DNA from: an uncultured virus (IMG/VR IMGVR_UViG_3300022187_000001)
Lineage: Duplodnaviria; Heunggongvirae; Uroviricota; Caudoviricetes; Crassvirales
Strand: one strand, 5' to 3'
Length of the DNA: 64,000 bases
IMG/VR virus record: IMGVR_UViG_3300022187_000001
The notes beneath the pieces were generated by a model, which was not told the DNA's origin, did no database searches, and saw only the letters and a program-made list of their open reading frames with translations. Both the position numbers and the translations under genes were made by a program. Below are positions 24,435 to 34,223 of this stretch, piece after piece (within the stretch, counting starts at the first letter, position 1; each line of letters starts with the position of its first letter).

Positions 24435-26121
24435 AGATGGAGACAAGTCTTCAAAGAAAAAGCTCCCCGTTGTTTGTTTCAGCGGGGAGTTTTCGTCTAG
24501 AAAAGACGAGGCGCTGTTCGAGCATTCGGGCATCATTGTGCTCGATTTTGATCACGTTGACGTTACTGAAACCAAGAAGGCTCTGGGTACTGATGACTAT
24601 GTGTTTTCTTGCTGGACTAGCCCTTCGGGTGATGGGGTCAAGGCGCTTGTTCGTATAACAAATCCAGAACGACACAGAGATCACTTCAGAGCTATATCCA
24701 ACTACTTCGAAAGGAAGTATGCCCTTGAGGTTGATCCATCTGGTATAAATGAGTCGCGGGCTTGCTTCGAGTCATACGACCCTGACATAATTATTAAAGA
24801 TTCCGACAAGTTCGGAATGTTTACATCTGAGAAGGCGGAGGCAGGACAGACCATTGAACGCGAAGGTGTAGTTACTGACTACATGAAGTTAAACCTTGCG
24901 GCTCGTATGATTCGCATGGCTGAGGATGGCGAAAAGCACAAGGCATTACACTCAGCGTCCAGGCTTTGTGGGGGATTTATCTCTGCTGGGCGTATGGAAG
25001 AAGATGAGGTCGTAAGAGTCCTCATACGTGAGATAGCAAAGCGTGACATTGACTCTGAGCAAACAGCTATCAACACCATAAGGGATGGTATTGAGACGGG
25101 CAAAAACATGCCAATCAAAGAGTTGGTTGCAAGCGAAAAGGATGTAAGGCGTGAGCTCCTACTTAACGATGGGGATATGTCGTTTATCTCCTCTGATGAC
25201 GAGGACTTTAGATGGATAGATGACTACGCTAACGGAAAGATCGAAGTCGGTCTTGATACTGGTAATGATTTAATCGACAAGCACTTTAGATACAAGAAGG
25301 AGTTTGTCATCGTCAATGGGCACTCTAACGTAGGTAAGACGACCATGATGCTGTACTTAGTCGCTAACTCGGCGGTCAGGCACGACTGGAAGTGGCTAAT
25401 ATATAGCTCTGAGAATAGAACGGCGTCTGTTAAGATGACCCTCATGCAGTTTGCAAAGGGTAAAAAGGTTGGAGACATGTCTTACTCTGATAGAAAAGAT
25501 GCGTACAAGTGGGTTCAGCAACACTTCACTATCATCAACAACCACGATGTGTATAGCTACAGCGACATCATTCTATTCATGGAAAAAACAATGAAGCAGC
25601 AAGACTTAGATGGCATATTCATTGACCCTTACAACAGCCTTAAACTAGAGCTCGGAACCAGTGGGCTTGGTTCTCACGACTATCACTACGAAGCTGCTTC
25701 TGAGTTTCTTACGTTCTCCAAGTCTCACAATGTGGCTGTGTGGTTGAACATGCATGCTGTAACAGAAGCTCAGAGACGTAAGGGTGATGATGGTCTCCCT
25801 ATAGCTCCTTACGCAGAGGACACAGAGGGTGGCGGCAAATTTGTAAATAGGGCTGACTGCTTCTTGACAATACATCGCAAAGTTCAAGCCCCCGATCCGC
25901 ACACACGAAAGATGAGTGAGCTTCATGTCCGAAAGGTAAGGGAGGTCGAAACAGGTGGTGAGCCCACTCCAATTGAGGAGCCGATTAAGTTTGTCTTCGA
26001 TTTGAGCCATACTGGGTTCAAAGAGTGGACAACTCAAAAGCCTTTGTACGCGCCAGTTTCAGGCGCGATTGACACTCAATCTAAAATAAAGTTGAGTCCG
26101 AACAATAGTTTTCTCAGTTAG
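24310..26121 (+). CDS. Primase-helicase (VirE-N/BT4734-like N-terminus plus DnaB-like SF4 helicase)
   Basis: KKKLP..CFSG, LDFDH, SPSGDGVK; Walker A GHSNVGKT; IFIDPY; KVRE. Confidence 0.85.
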   Translation: MTNKITIFKDIREIEAPNHITVQQALHRIKEGRSKELISQIRDGDKSSKKKLPVVCFSGEFSSRKDEALFEHSGIIVLDFDHVDVTETKKALGTDDYVFSCWTSPSGDGVKALVRITNPERHRDHFRAISNYFERKYALEVDPSGINESRACFESYDPDIIIKDSDKFGMFTSEKAEAGQTIEREGVVTDYMKLNLAARMIRMAEDGEKHKALHSASRLCGGFISAGRMEEDEVVRVLIREIAKRDIDSEQTAINTIRDGIETGKNMPIKELVASEKDVRRELLLNDGDMSFISSDDEDFRWIDDYANGKIEVGLDTGNDLIDKHFRYKKEFVIVNGHSNVGKTTMMLYLVANSAVRHDWKWLIYSSENRTASVKMTLMQFAKGKKVGDMSYSDRKDAYKWVQQHFTIINNHDVYSYSDIILFMEKTMKQQDLDGIFIDPYNSLKLELGTSGLGSHDYHYEAASEFLTFSKSHNVAVWLNMHAVTEAQRRKGDDGLPIAPYAEDTEGGGKFVNRADCFLTIHRKVQAPDPHTRKMSELHVRKVREVETGGEPTPIEEPIKFVFDLSHTGFKEWTTQKPLYAPVSGAIDTQSKIKLSPNNSFLS

Positions 26122-26139
26122 GACGTGTAACTTCGCCTT

Positions 26140-26598
26140 GTGAAAGGAAAAAGAAAAACGTCTCACTCGCGTTCACGCAAAAAACAAATCCTGGGAAGGT
26201 ACAAATCCAATCTGGAGAAGTACTGTGCAGACAGATTATGTGAATACGGGCTAAAATTTGACTATGAAGAGTTAGAGTTTAAGCTTCTTGAAGGTTTTTT
26301 GTTTAAGAACAAATACTTTAAGATGACAGCAAAGGGAAAGATCATGAGTGACAGGTCGGGTACAAAACAGCTTCCAATAAGATACACTCCAGATTTTGTT
26401 GGAACCGATTATAATTTTATCATTGAGACCAAAGGGTACCTGCCCAGTCACCATGACTTTCCTATGAGATGGAAGCTTTTTTTAAAGCACTTAATGGACA
26501 ATGAGCTTCCTTATGCTGTATTTTTGGCAAAGAATCGACAGCAAGTCGATCAAGCTATAGAAGAAATTAAAAAAAGCATAGAAGATGGAACCATATAA
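26140..26598 (+). CDS. T7 endonuclease I-like Holliday junction resolvase
   Basis: YKSNLE...YTPDF...IIETKG. Confidence 0.8.
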   Translation: MKGKRKTSHSRSRKKQILGRYKSNLEKYCADRLCEYGLKFDYEELEFKLLEGFLFKNKYFKMTAKGKIMSDRSGTKQLPIRYTPDFVGTDYNFIIETKGYLPSHHDFPMRWKLFLKHLMDNELPYAVFLAKNRQQVDQAIEEIKKSIEDGTI

Positions 26599-26797
26599 GC
26601 TTAGCGAATACTACGCTATCGCAACAGACAGAGTAATGAAGAGGATGTCTGAGTTTTACGAATCCCTACACTCTGATAGAGGGGAACCGATTACGGAGGT
26701 GGAGGCTGTAGAGAGGCTGACACTGGAATCCTTTAGGTCAATCAAACACGAGATGGATCTTTGTGTTGAGGCGGTAAAGGAATACCACGGAGAGTGA
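26585..26797 (+). CDS. Hypothetical protein
   Basis: 70 aa, overlaps its neighbours. Confidence 0.65.
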   Translation: MEPYKLSEYYAIATDRVMKRMSEFYESLHSDRGEPITEVEAVERLTLESFRSIKHEMDLCVEAVKEYHGE

Positions 26798-27288
26798 ATC
26801 GCTCTAGAGCAATTTATTCTCAGGCCACAGGGAGAGTAGCTGAGGTTAGGTTTGTTAGAGCCGCTGAAGCTCTCGGACTCTCTGTAACCAAGTCATCAAG
26901 GAAAGATGACATAGAAAAACATGTAGACTACTGGATGGCCTTTAATGATACGGGCCGCTGGGGTGTCGATGTTAAAGGAAATAACCTTCCTGATGAAATT
27001 TGGGTTGAACTAAAGAATGTACGAGGGAACAAAGGATGGATACAAGGCGATGCAACGATCATCGCGTTTGATATGCCTGAAGAAAGCGGGTTCTCAGTAG
27101 TAAACCGACTTGAACTAAAAGAGTGGGTTAATAAAAATGTCGGCACTGAGATGGTCTCAAATAAAAGAGACGCATACAGGAAACTCTATCAAAGAAAAGA
27201 TAGACTCGACATTATAACAAAGGTTATCCTTGAGGATATAAGATCTTTAGAATCCTATAGAGTATGGAAATACTTTTTGGATTATTGA
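26794..27288 (+). CDS. PD-(D/E)XK nuclease-like protein
   Basis: GRVAE...HVDYW...VDVKG...WVELKNV.G.KGW. Confidence 0.65.
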   Translation: MNRSRAIYSQATGRVAEVRFVRAAEALGLSVTKSSRKDDIEKHVDYWMAFNDTGRWGVDVKGNNLPDEIWVELKNVRGNKGWIQGDATIIAFDMPEESGFSVVNRLELKEWVNKNVGTEMVSNKRDAYRKLYQRKDRLDIITKVILEDIRSLESYRVWKYFLDY

Positions 27289-27321
27289 GTATCTTGCACA
27301 CCTTTTCCAATAAAAAAAATA

Positions 27322-29214
27322 ATGACAAAACAAAAACTTACTCCCTGGGGTGAGGTGGGATACCCCACTTTCAAAAGAACGTACTCTAGACCCCTAGAAG
27401 GTGGCGGCACAGAAGAGTGGCCAGACACCGTAAATCGCGTTGTTGAGGCGTGTAACAACCAGCTTGGTTGCAACTTTAACGACCACGAGAAGGAAGAGCT
27501 CAGTAATATTATGCTCGACCTTAAAGGAACAGTTGCTGGAAGATTCCTGTGGCAACTTGGTACTGAGACAGTGGATCGCCTTGGGCTCCCCTCGTTGCAG
27601 AACTGTTCGTTTGTAGTGGTAGACAACCCCATCAGGCCATTCACATGGGCATTTGAGATGCTTATGCTTGGTAGCGGAGTGGGATTCAACATACAGCGTG
27701 AGCATGTGTATCAGCTCCCAAAGGTTAAGGCGAAGGTGGACGTCACTCGCGCAGACCGAAACGATGCTGACTTCATTGTTCCTGATTCTCGTGAGGGATG
27801 GGTAGAGCTTCTCGATCGGGTGCTAAGGGCGAGCTTTGAAACTGGAGAAGGATTTACTTTCGCTACTCACCTCATCCGACCAAAGGGAGCGCCCATCAAA
27901 GGGTTTGGAGGAACCGCAAGCGGTAGTGAGGACCTCGTATGGGGAATGCTTGAGATCAATAAGATATTGAACTCCCGTTCTGGGAAGAGGCTGTCTAGTG
28001 TGGATTGCCTCGATATCATGAACATAATCGGAAAGATTGTGGTGGCTGGTAACGTAAGACGCTCGGCTCAGATTGCACTCGGCGATCACGACGACATCGA
28101 TTTCCTACGTGCAAAGCGTTGGGACCTCGGTAACATCCCGAACTGGAGAGCTATGTCTAACAACTCTGTTATCTGTAGCGACATCAAAGACCTCCCTGAG
28201 GAGTTCTGGGACGGGTACAAGGGTAACGGTGAGCCATACGGTCTTATTAATCTAGAGGCCTCTCGTAGAATGGGGAGGACAGGAGAGTATGAATATCCTG
28301 ACCCTGACGTAATGGGATTCAATCCTTGTGCGGAGCAGTCGTTAGCAAACTTCGAGACATGTTGTTTGGCTGAAGTATATCTTCCAAATATTGATAGCTA
28401 CGACGATCTAACCAATGTTCTTCGTTATCTTTACAGGGTTAACAAGCACAGCCTTTCTATACCTTGCTCGCTAAAAGAGACAGAAGACATTGTACACAGG
28501 AACATGCGAATGGGCATTGGAGTTACTGGGTACCTTCAGGCTTCCGAAGAACAGAAGTCTTGGCTTAGCAGAGCTTATTATTATATTCGTGAATACGACA
28601 AAGAATACTCCAAAATAAATGGCTTTCCTAATTCCATCAAAATTACTACAGTTAAGCCCTCTGGAACGCTGTCTCTACTTGCTGGTGTTACACCAGGGGC
28701 TCACCCTGGATTCTCCAGATATTACATTAGAAGAATCAGAATGTCTGCAGATAGCGAGCTTACACGAGTGGCTAGGTCTAATGGGCACCACGTAGAGTAT
28801 GTACGAAACTTTGATGGGACTGAAGATCACTCAACAGTTGTAGTAAGCTTTCCTTGCAGCTTTCCAGAAGGGACTGCGTTCGCCGAGGACATGACGGCTG
28901 TAGATCAGCTGGAGGTTATAAAAAGACTACAGAAAGAATGGTCTGACAACTCAGTGTCTGTAACTATCTACTACAGAAAAGAGGAGTTGGACAATATAAA
29001 GGAATGGTTGGAAGAAAACTACTATGACACCAAGTCGGTTTCTTTTTTGCTTCATTCTGGGCATGGGTTTGATCAAGCTCCGCTTGAGGAAATCACGGAA
29101 GACGAGTACAATTCGGAGAGGTCAAAAGTGACCCCCATCACCAGCCTTAATAGCGTTGAGCTGAGTGAAGTTGACATCGACGACTGTGACACTGGAGCCT
29201 GCCCAGTAAGATGA
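27322..29214 (+). CDS. nrdJ: Class II (adenosylcobalamin-dependent) ribonucleotide reductase
   Basis: AGRFLW, LQNC, GSGVGF, AGNVRRSA, NPCAE, VKPSGT, C-terminal CDTGACP; no class I beta subunit present. Confidence 0.93.
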   Translation: MTKQKLTPWGEVGYPTFKRTYSRPLEGGGTEEWPDTVNRVVEACNNQLGCNFNDHEKEELSNIMLDLKGTVAGRFLWQLGTETVDRLGLPSLQNCSFVVVDNPIRPFTWAFEMLMLGSGVGFNIQREHVYQLPKVKAKVDVTRADRNDADFIVPDSREGWVELLDRVLRASFETGEGFTFATHLIRPKGAPIKGFGGTASGSEDLVWGMLEINKILNSRSGKRLSSVDCLDIMNIIGKIVVAGNVRRSAQIALGDHDDIDFLRAKRWDLGNIPNWRAMSNNSVICSDIKDLPEEFWDGYKGNGEPYGLINLEASRRMGRTGEYEYPDPDVMGFNPCAEQSLANFETCCLAEVYLPNIDSYDDLTNVLRYLYRVNKHSLSIPCSLKETEDIVHRNMRMGIGVTGYLQASEEQKSWLSRAYYYIREYDKEYSKINGFPNSIKITTVKPSGTLSLLAGVTPGAHPGFSRYYIRRIRMSADSELTRVARSNGHHVEYVRNFDGTEDHSTVVVSFPCSFPEGTAFAEDMTAVDQLEVIKRLQKEWSDNSVSVTIYYRKEELDNIKEWLEENYYDTKSVSFLLHSGHGFDQAPLEEITEDEYNSERSKVTPITSLNSVELSEVDIDDCDTGACPVR

Positions 29215-29285
29215 AACGAATAGATAAGTGCTGGGTAATGCAGATGTATTATCTTCGTAACGTTACACCGACCAGTGCAGTGTAA
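29211..29285 (+). CDS. Micro-ORF, 24 aa, coupled to nrdJ
   Basis: ATGA overlap; MKRIDKCWVMQMYYLRNVTPTSAV. Confidence 0.35.
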   Translation: MKRIDKCWVMQMYYLRNVTPTSAV

Positions 29286-29298
29286 TTTCGCTAACCTT

Positions 29299-29328
29299 AG
29301 AGGGGCCCTTCGGGGCCTCTCTTTATTT
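29299..29328 (+). terminator. Intrinsic terminator where the two arms converge
   Basis: AGAGGGGCCC-TTCG-GGGCCTCTCT followed by TTATTT. Confidence 0.85.
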
Positions 29329-29635
29329 ACTCGCAATTCTTTTGGCGTAGCTCGTCTACTAGCGTTTCAAGATGATCTATCCGCTTTTCTATATGCTGTA
29401 GGCGGAGGTTTTGTTCAGCATCATCAGGAAGACTACCCATTTCCCCTCTGGGCCACTTGATTCTAAACTCTGAGTTGAGCTCTATCTCTTGATTGTGCCT
29501 CATCGTTTGTATCTCCAGCTTGTTGAGGGCCGACATAATTGTAAAGTACAAGGTTACTGCGCCCCCTACGCCGATTACGATTTGAATCAGCCACTTGACA
29601 TTAATCCCGAAGTTAGTATTGTCGTCTAGATTCAT
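29327..29635 (-). CDS. Single-TM protein with a coiled coil
   Basis: WLIQIVIGVGGAVTLYFTIM followed by heptad repeats. Confidence 0.7.
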   Translation of the reverse strand: MNLDDNTNFGINVKWLIQIVIGVGGAVTLYFTIMSALNKLEIQTMRHNQEIELNSEFRIKWPRGEMGSLPDDAEQNLRLQHIEKRIDHLETLVDELRQKNCE

Positions 29636-29664
29636 TTTCTAACCTTTTCTATTACCCCTCTTTA

Positions 29665-32613
29665 TCATATAGATTTTTTAGCTCTCACTCTGCGACTTGA
29701 GGACTTCTTTACTTTAAATCGGCCTCCATTCCTGAACACCTTGACAGAAGCAGGGACGGCAGACCTTGGCACCTCAAGCCAAGTGTTGCCAAATCCGTCC
29801 GTAACTGGTGTGAGCTTGCTTACATCAACCCCCATCTTCTTCATCTGATCGGGGAGTCCCTTGTATCGTCCGAGGATCATGTCGAATCCCTTTTCCTCAC
29901 CCCAGCCCTGGATAGTGCGAACCGTCTCAGGAGTGGGGATTCGGTATGCCTCAGCCCCTTTAGAGGCGCCGTCCTCAAAGAATGCGGCTAATGCCTCCCT
30001 CTCCCAGGTTTTGCCCATGGGGTTGTTTTTAGGGTCAGGCATCGCCTTTACTTTTTCTACGTGTTCCAAGAAGTCTGGGTCTTTGACTTCACGCCTCATC
30101 TGCTTAACACCTACGTCTACGAGCTCACTAGTCGTTCTTAACCATGGATGCTCTCTGGTTACGTTTGGTTTCTCTACTTCCATATCAAGGTCGTCCGCCA
30201 TGCCCGTTCTCCTGCCATTGGCCTCCGCTTCCGTTATATTTTCAGAGAAGTTGAAGTCGTAGTGCCCCTCACCACCAAACCTGCTGTATCCGACGAGAAA
30301 GTCATCCGCTTCTTGTCTCGTTATGTCACCACCGTCAATAAGATCTTCCAGAAGCTTACTAAACCCTGCCACCTCGCCTTCTGGAGCGGAAATAGCGGTA
30401 CCACCGAAGTCCTCTAGCAACCCTACATTTCTGTGCTGCTGTCTACCAGTCCCTTCTACCACCTTCTCCAGACCAAGGGCATCTTGAAGCGACTCTCCTT
30501 TTTTAAACCCTTTGTCACGAAGGTATCCGATGACCTGCTGTCCTACGTGTTCTATGTTATCAAAGATCTCGTCAATTCTCTCTGGTGCTTCCGCAACCAT
30601 TCTGTTCATCTCCATGCTTCCGTGTATGGGTTCGTCCCCGAAATCATAAGTATCAGTCCAACGTCCTTTTTTATTTGCTTGAAATGCGTCACTCTGGATC
30701 TCAAGCATAGTCCTGACATTCCTGCTCGGCTCCCCCCTCTTAGCTTTCGTCGCTTCCCATGGATCAGGGAGAGCCCTAACGTGAGCGTGAACTCCTACAC
30801 CTCTAAGTGAACTTGATGTTTTTGGACTTTCTAGATCTTCGGCGGTGGGTACATATCCCTCCCCACGATCCCCGTGAAAGTGCTTTGAGCTGCCCTTTCC
30901 ATAAACGCCTTCATCTCCCCTTAGCAGTATTACGTCAGCGTCCCTGACGATTTCGCTCCTTGCTTCTCTGGCGGCTGCATCCATGCCTGAAGTATTATAA
31001 TAATCCAACCCCATAAGCCTGTCCGTACCAAAGAACTCATCCCACTCAGGATCGGCTCTTTGAACCCTGAATCGAGGGAGTCTTTCCATCCCGCCCATCT
31101 GCATGTTGCCAGGGTCGAGGTGAGTCATACCAGCCTTCTCCGCTCTTTCAGCGAGCATATTGAGTAGAGATGCCTCCGATGCAGATACATCCTTTCCGCC
31201 CGCCGCCTGCTTGATTGCCTTTACAGACACGCCTTTCTTTCCAGCTTGATCTGCCAACTTCTTACTCGCTTTACCTGTGCGTATGCTTCCAGGAATCCCC
31301 AGGGAAAGAAGGCCAGCACCAATGTTTACCCCGCCCATAGCAGGGTTTCCCGCAATGATGTCTCCGACGCCTTGAGCTATAGTAGTCACGTCTCCCACGG
31401 GCGTCAGCAAATCCAGCAGTTGAAATCCTGGGTTGGCTCTTCCTCTCTCCTCTCTGAGCTCAGGGCTGAGCTCTGTAGCCTGAATCGTAGGGTATGGGGA
31501 GACGTTGGGGTATGTCGGAGTCGGTTTTATCTCTCCTTGATCGAGCCTAGCTTGCGCGGCGTCATACTCTGAAGCCAGCTGCTGTAGCATGTTGGCGTAT
31601 GATATCTTCTGATCACGATCGTATATATCGTTGTCGGGTGGCCAAGAGTCTCCTACTCGACCTCCCTCTTTGTTATACCTAAACCTAGTTTCAGGTATTC
31701 GGATCTCATCTCCCCTAACGTAAGCCCCTTCGTATCTATCCAGAAGCATCTGAATGGTTCTTTCATCTCTAGGCACAGGAACGCCTCTCTCTGAGAATAT
31801 AGGATCGACCACACGTCTCTCTACATTTGACATGTATCTGGCTAACCCGTCATCGGTGTGGCTGGTGCTAGAAAATAACCTGTAACCTTTCTCTTTTAGA
31901 GCTTCATTCAAGGCCGCGCTCATCTCTGCAGAATAGCCCTTCCCGATTTCAGGCCCACCCCCTTCCCCAAACGGATAGTCATCCTGTCTTGATACACCGA
32001 ACTCGATTGGAACATCTTCTCCTGAGTCTAGAATTCTTTGAGTCTGAATTCTTTGAGCATCCCTATTACCGAGAGGTTCAAACGTCATGAAGCCCGTGTG
32101 CTTTCCGTCTATTTTTACACCTAAGTCAAAACTTGGATACCCACTGTTATCTAAGTCTATTTCATCCGAAAATAGCTCTATTTTGGCGTCTCCCTTCTTG
32201 ATTCCCAGACCCTTCTCCAGGATCTCATTAGCTCTATCTACAATGGGCTTCCACATCTCAGGAGGCATCGCCTCTTTCGCTAGGTTAGCCAAAGGCTTCG
32301 CTGCTTTAGATGCTCCCATAAGGGCGAGTTCCACCCCGTCAGCGGCGGCAGCTACTGGGTGCGCCCCAGAAATAAGGCTGAACAACACATTTGGAGGGGC
32401 CGTAGGGTCAAACGCATAAAGGGAATACTCTCTGGCCTCCTTTTCAGTCATAGGCCGATTGAGTCGCTCCAAATCCATTACTCTTTCTCTGGACGGCATT
32501 GTCAGAGGTTGTTCAACACGCAACAAAGAACCGTCGGGGCCTTCCTTCCATTTCCCAGAAGACAACATTCTTTTTCTTACCTGCTCTTTGGTAGGATCAG
32601 ATATGGGCCTCAT
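29665..32613 (-). CDS. Polyvalent multi-effector protein (GNAT-like module plus an LPD-type EIQSD module)
   Basis: IGKGYS...GYRLFSSTSHTDDG (GNAT-like); KHF...HAHVR...MLEIQSDAFQ; start moved to MRPISD. Confidence 0.65.
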   Translation of the reverse strand: MRPISDPTKEQVRKRMLSSGKWKEGPDGSLLRVEQPLTMPSRERVMDLERLNRPMTEKEAREYSLYAFDPTAPPNVLFSLISGAHPVAAAADGVELALMGASKAAKPLANLAKEAMPPEMWKPIVDRANEILEKGLGIKKGDAKIELFSDEIDLDNSGYPSFDLGVKIDGKHTGFMTFEPLGNRDAQRIQTQRILDSGEDVPIEFGVSRQDDYPFGEGGGPEIGKGYSAEMSAALNEALKEKGYRLFSSTSHTDDGLARYMSNVERRVVDPIFSERGVPVPRDERTIQMLLDRYEGAYVRGDEIRIPETRFRYNKEGGRVGDSWPPDNDIYDRDQKISYANMLQQLASEYDAAQARLDQGEIKPTPTYPNVSPYPTIQATELSPELREERGRANPGFQLLDLLTPVGDVTTIAQGVGDIIAGNPAMGGVNIGAGLLSLGIPGSIRTGKASKKLADQAGKKGVSVKAIKQAAGGKDVSASEASLLNMLAERAEKAGMTHLDPGNMQMGGMERLPRFRVQRADPEWDEFFGTDRLMGLDYYNTSGMDAAAREARSEIVRDADVILLRGDEGVYGKGSSKHFHGDRGEGYVPTAEDLESPKTSSSLRGVGVHAHVRALPDPWEATKAKRGEPSRNVRTMLEIQSDAFQANKKGRWTDTYDFGDEPIHGSMEMNRMVAEAPERIDEIFDNIEHVGQQVIGYLRDKGFKKGESLQDALGLEKVVEGTGRQQHRNVGLLEDFGGTAISAPEGEVAGFSKLLEDLIDGGDITRQEADDFLVGYSRFGGEGHYDFNFSENITEAEANGRRTGMADDLDMEVEKPNVTREHPWLRTTSELVDVGVKQMRREVKDPDFLEHVEKVKAMPDPKNNPMGKTWEREALAAFFEDGASKGAEAYRIPTPETVRTIQGWGEEKGFDMILGRYKGLPDQMKKMGVDVSKLTPVTDGFGNTWLEVPRSAVPASVKVFRNGGRFKVKKSSSRRVRAKKSI

Positions 32614-32615
32614 GA

Positions 32616-34223
32616 TTATATTATTTGATTTGGATGATAAACTGAGTAACAACCATTGGTCATAGTTGAACAAATAGAGACACCTGATGGCGTTGGGTTA
32701 TTTAAGTCTACTGAAAGAACAGCCATTGTATATCCTGTACTATAACTAGAACCACGGTACTCTAAACCCACATATGCGTAATCACCAACAACAGCGATGT
32801 CATCAGTAACGCTAACGCTTGCCTTAAAGTCCTGAATATCAGTACGGTCGTAATCAAAAGGTGGTAGACGGGTAAGGCCTAGATCAATGATGGGCCACAT
32901 AATGTCAAGATAAGCCTCAACAGCCACCTTCTCATTAATATCTACAATACCCAACACAGGACTCAGACTATTTGATGATGTAGTGAAAACTAATTTGTCT
33001 CCCCAAAAAGCAAGCCCGTGAGGGTCAGTTATGACATCTCCGACGCGCAGAGGGTTTTCGGCACTACGGTCGAAAAACACACCTCTATTTGTACTTTCCT
33101 GGTCCTGACTTCTTATCTTACTAGGGTCTCTTAGATCAATTTCAGCGAATACGCTCCCGAAGATCCTCAGCCCCATGTGAGCATAAAGATAATTTCCTCT
33201 TGCAATAAATTGGCTGTTTTGAAAATCTCCCGTCATACCTCTACCATCGCCTACATAAACAACCTCTACAGGAGCAGTCAAATCTGATAAAGGGAGCCTA
33301 CCAATCGCTTTTCTCCAAACTGACCAGCCATGGTTCCCTGAAGAAAAAAACTCTTTACCAGAACTTGTAATCAAGTGTACGCCAATATCAAGATACAGGT
33401 AGTCTCCATGGACATGAATCTCGTCAGCCCCTCGATAATCCACACCGAAGTATTCAGTAAATGGGCTTGGTTGAAGAGCCTCTGGCTGTTCAAAAGGGGC
33501 TCCATACCAGTCCTCAAATACCCCCTCTTCAGTAAAGCCTCCATCACTAGGTATAAAACGTTCAAACGTCAGCGCACCGCTCAGGGGGATTTTAAATATG
33601 CCCGTGTCTTCCGTATAAGAGCCTCCGACTGGGTAGCTTCTTTGAGAAGCATAGATATGAGTGCTGTTTTTAGTAATCCCGTGGATACCCACCCCTTTAG
33701 TCAGCTCTACAACCTCTGCAGAAGAATATGTAATGCTTGACCCAGGGAAATCAATGACTACGTCAGAAAACTTAACGAGCCTTGATGGGTTTGAGTGATC
33801 CCATGGGCGCTCCAAGAAGCTACCCGCAGCCGCATTAGGATTCCGAAAGTAATAGAAGATAAAAATATCGTTTCCATTAACTAAGATTTCATTCGCATTC
33901 TTGAATTCGGGTACGTCTGAAGCGGGTGGGGTCCAGCTGAATGAAGGTGGTACCGCAGGATTTGAATTGTAATCAAAAACCCAAAGCTTAGAGTCAGGAC
34001 CTTGTTGATATAAGAAGTCAGGGGGGCTAGTTGAGTTTTCCAATGCAAAAACATAATCAAGATCCGTTGATGGAATAGGGTCTTTATATGGTGCGGGATC
34101 CACGTTTCTTCCATACGGAGGAGGGTAGTCAAGATATTGAAACCTATTTTTTTTAATGTTAAGCCCTCCTTTTTTTGAAGGTGTGGGACCCTCATTTTTT
34201 CTTAAAAACGTGTTTTTTCTCAT
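32616..34223 (-). CDS. Beta-propeller-like virion/receptor-binding protein (paralog B)
   Basis: Blade-like motifs HVHGDYLYL, ARGNYLYA, VVGDYAYV. Confidence 0.6.
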   Translation of the reverse strand: MRKNTFLRKNEGPTPSKKGGLNIKKNRFQYLDYPPPYGRNVDPAPYKDPIPSTDLDYVFALENSTSPPDFLYQQGPDSKLWVFDYNSNPAVPPSFSWTPPASDVPEFKNANEILVNGNDIFIFYYFRNPNAAAGSFLERPWDHSNPSRLVKFSDVVIDFPGSSITYSSAEVVELTKGVGIHGITKNSTHIYASQRSYPVGGSYTEDTGIFKIPLSGALTFERFIPSDGGFTEEGVFEDWYGAPFEQPEALQPSPFTEYFGVDYRGADEIHVHGDYLYLDIGVHLITSSGKEFFSSGNHGWSVWRKAIGRLPLSDLTAPVEVVYVGDGRGMTGDFQNSQFIARGNYLYAHMGLRIFGSVFAEIDLRDPSKIRSQDQESTNRGVFFDRSAENPLRVGDVITDPHGLAFWGDKLVFTTSSNSLSPVLGIVDINEKVAVEAYLDIMWPIIDLGLTRLPPFDYDRTDIQDFKASVSVTDDIAVVGDYAYVGLEYRGSSYSTGYTMAVLSVDLNNPTPSGVSICSTMTNGCYSVYHPNQII

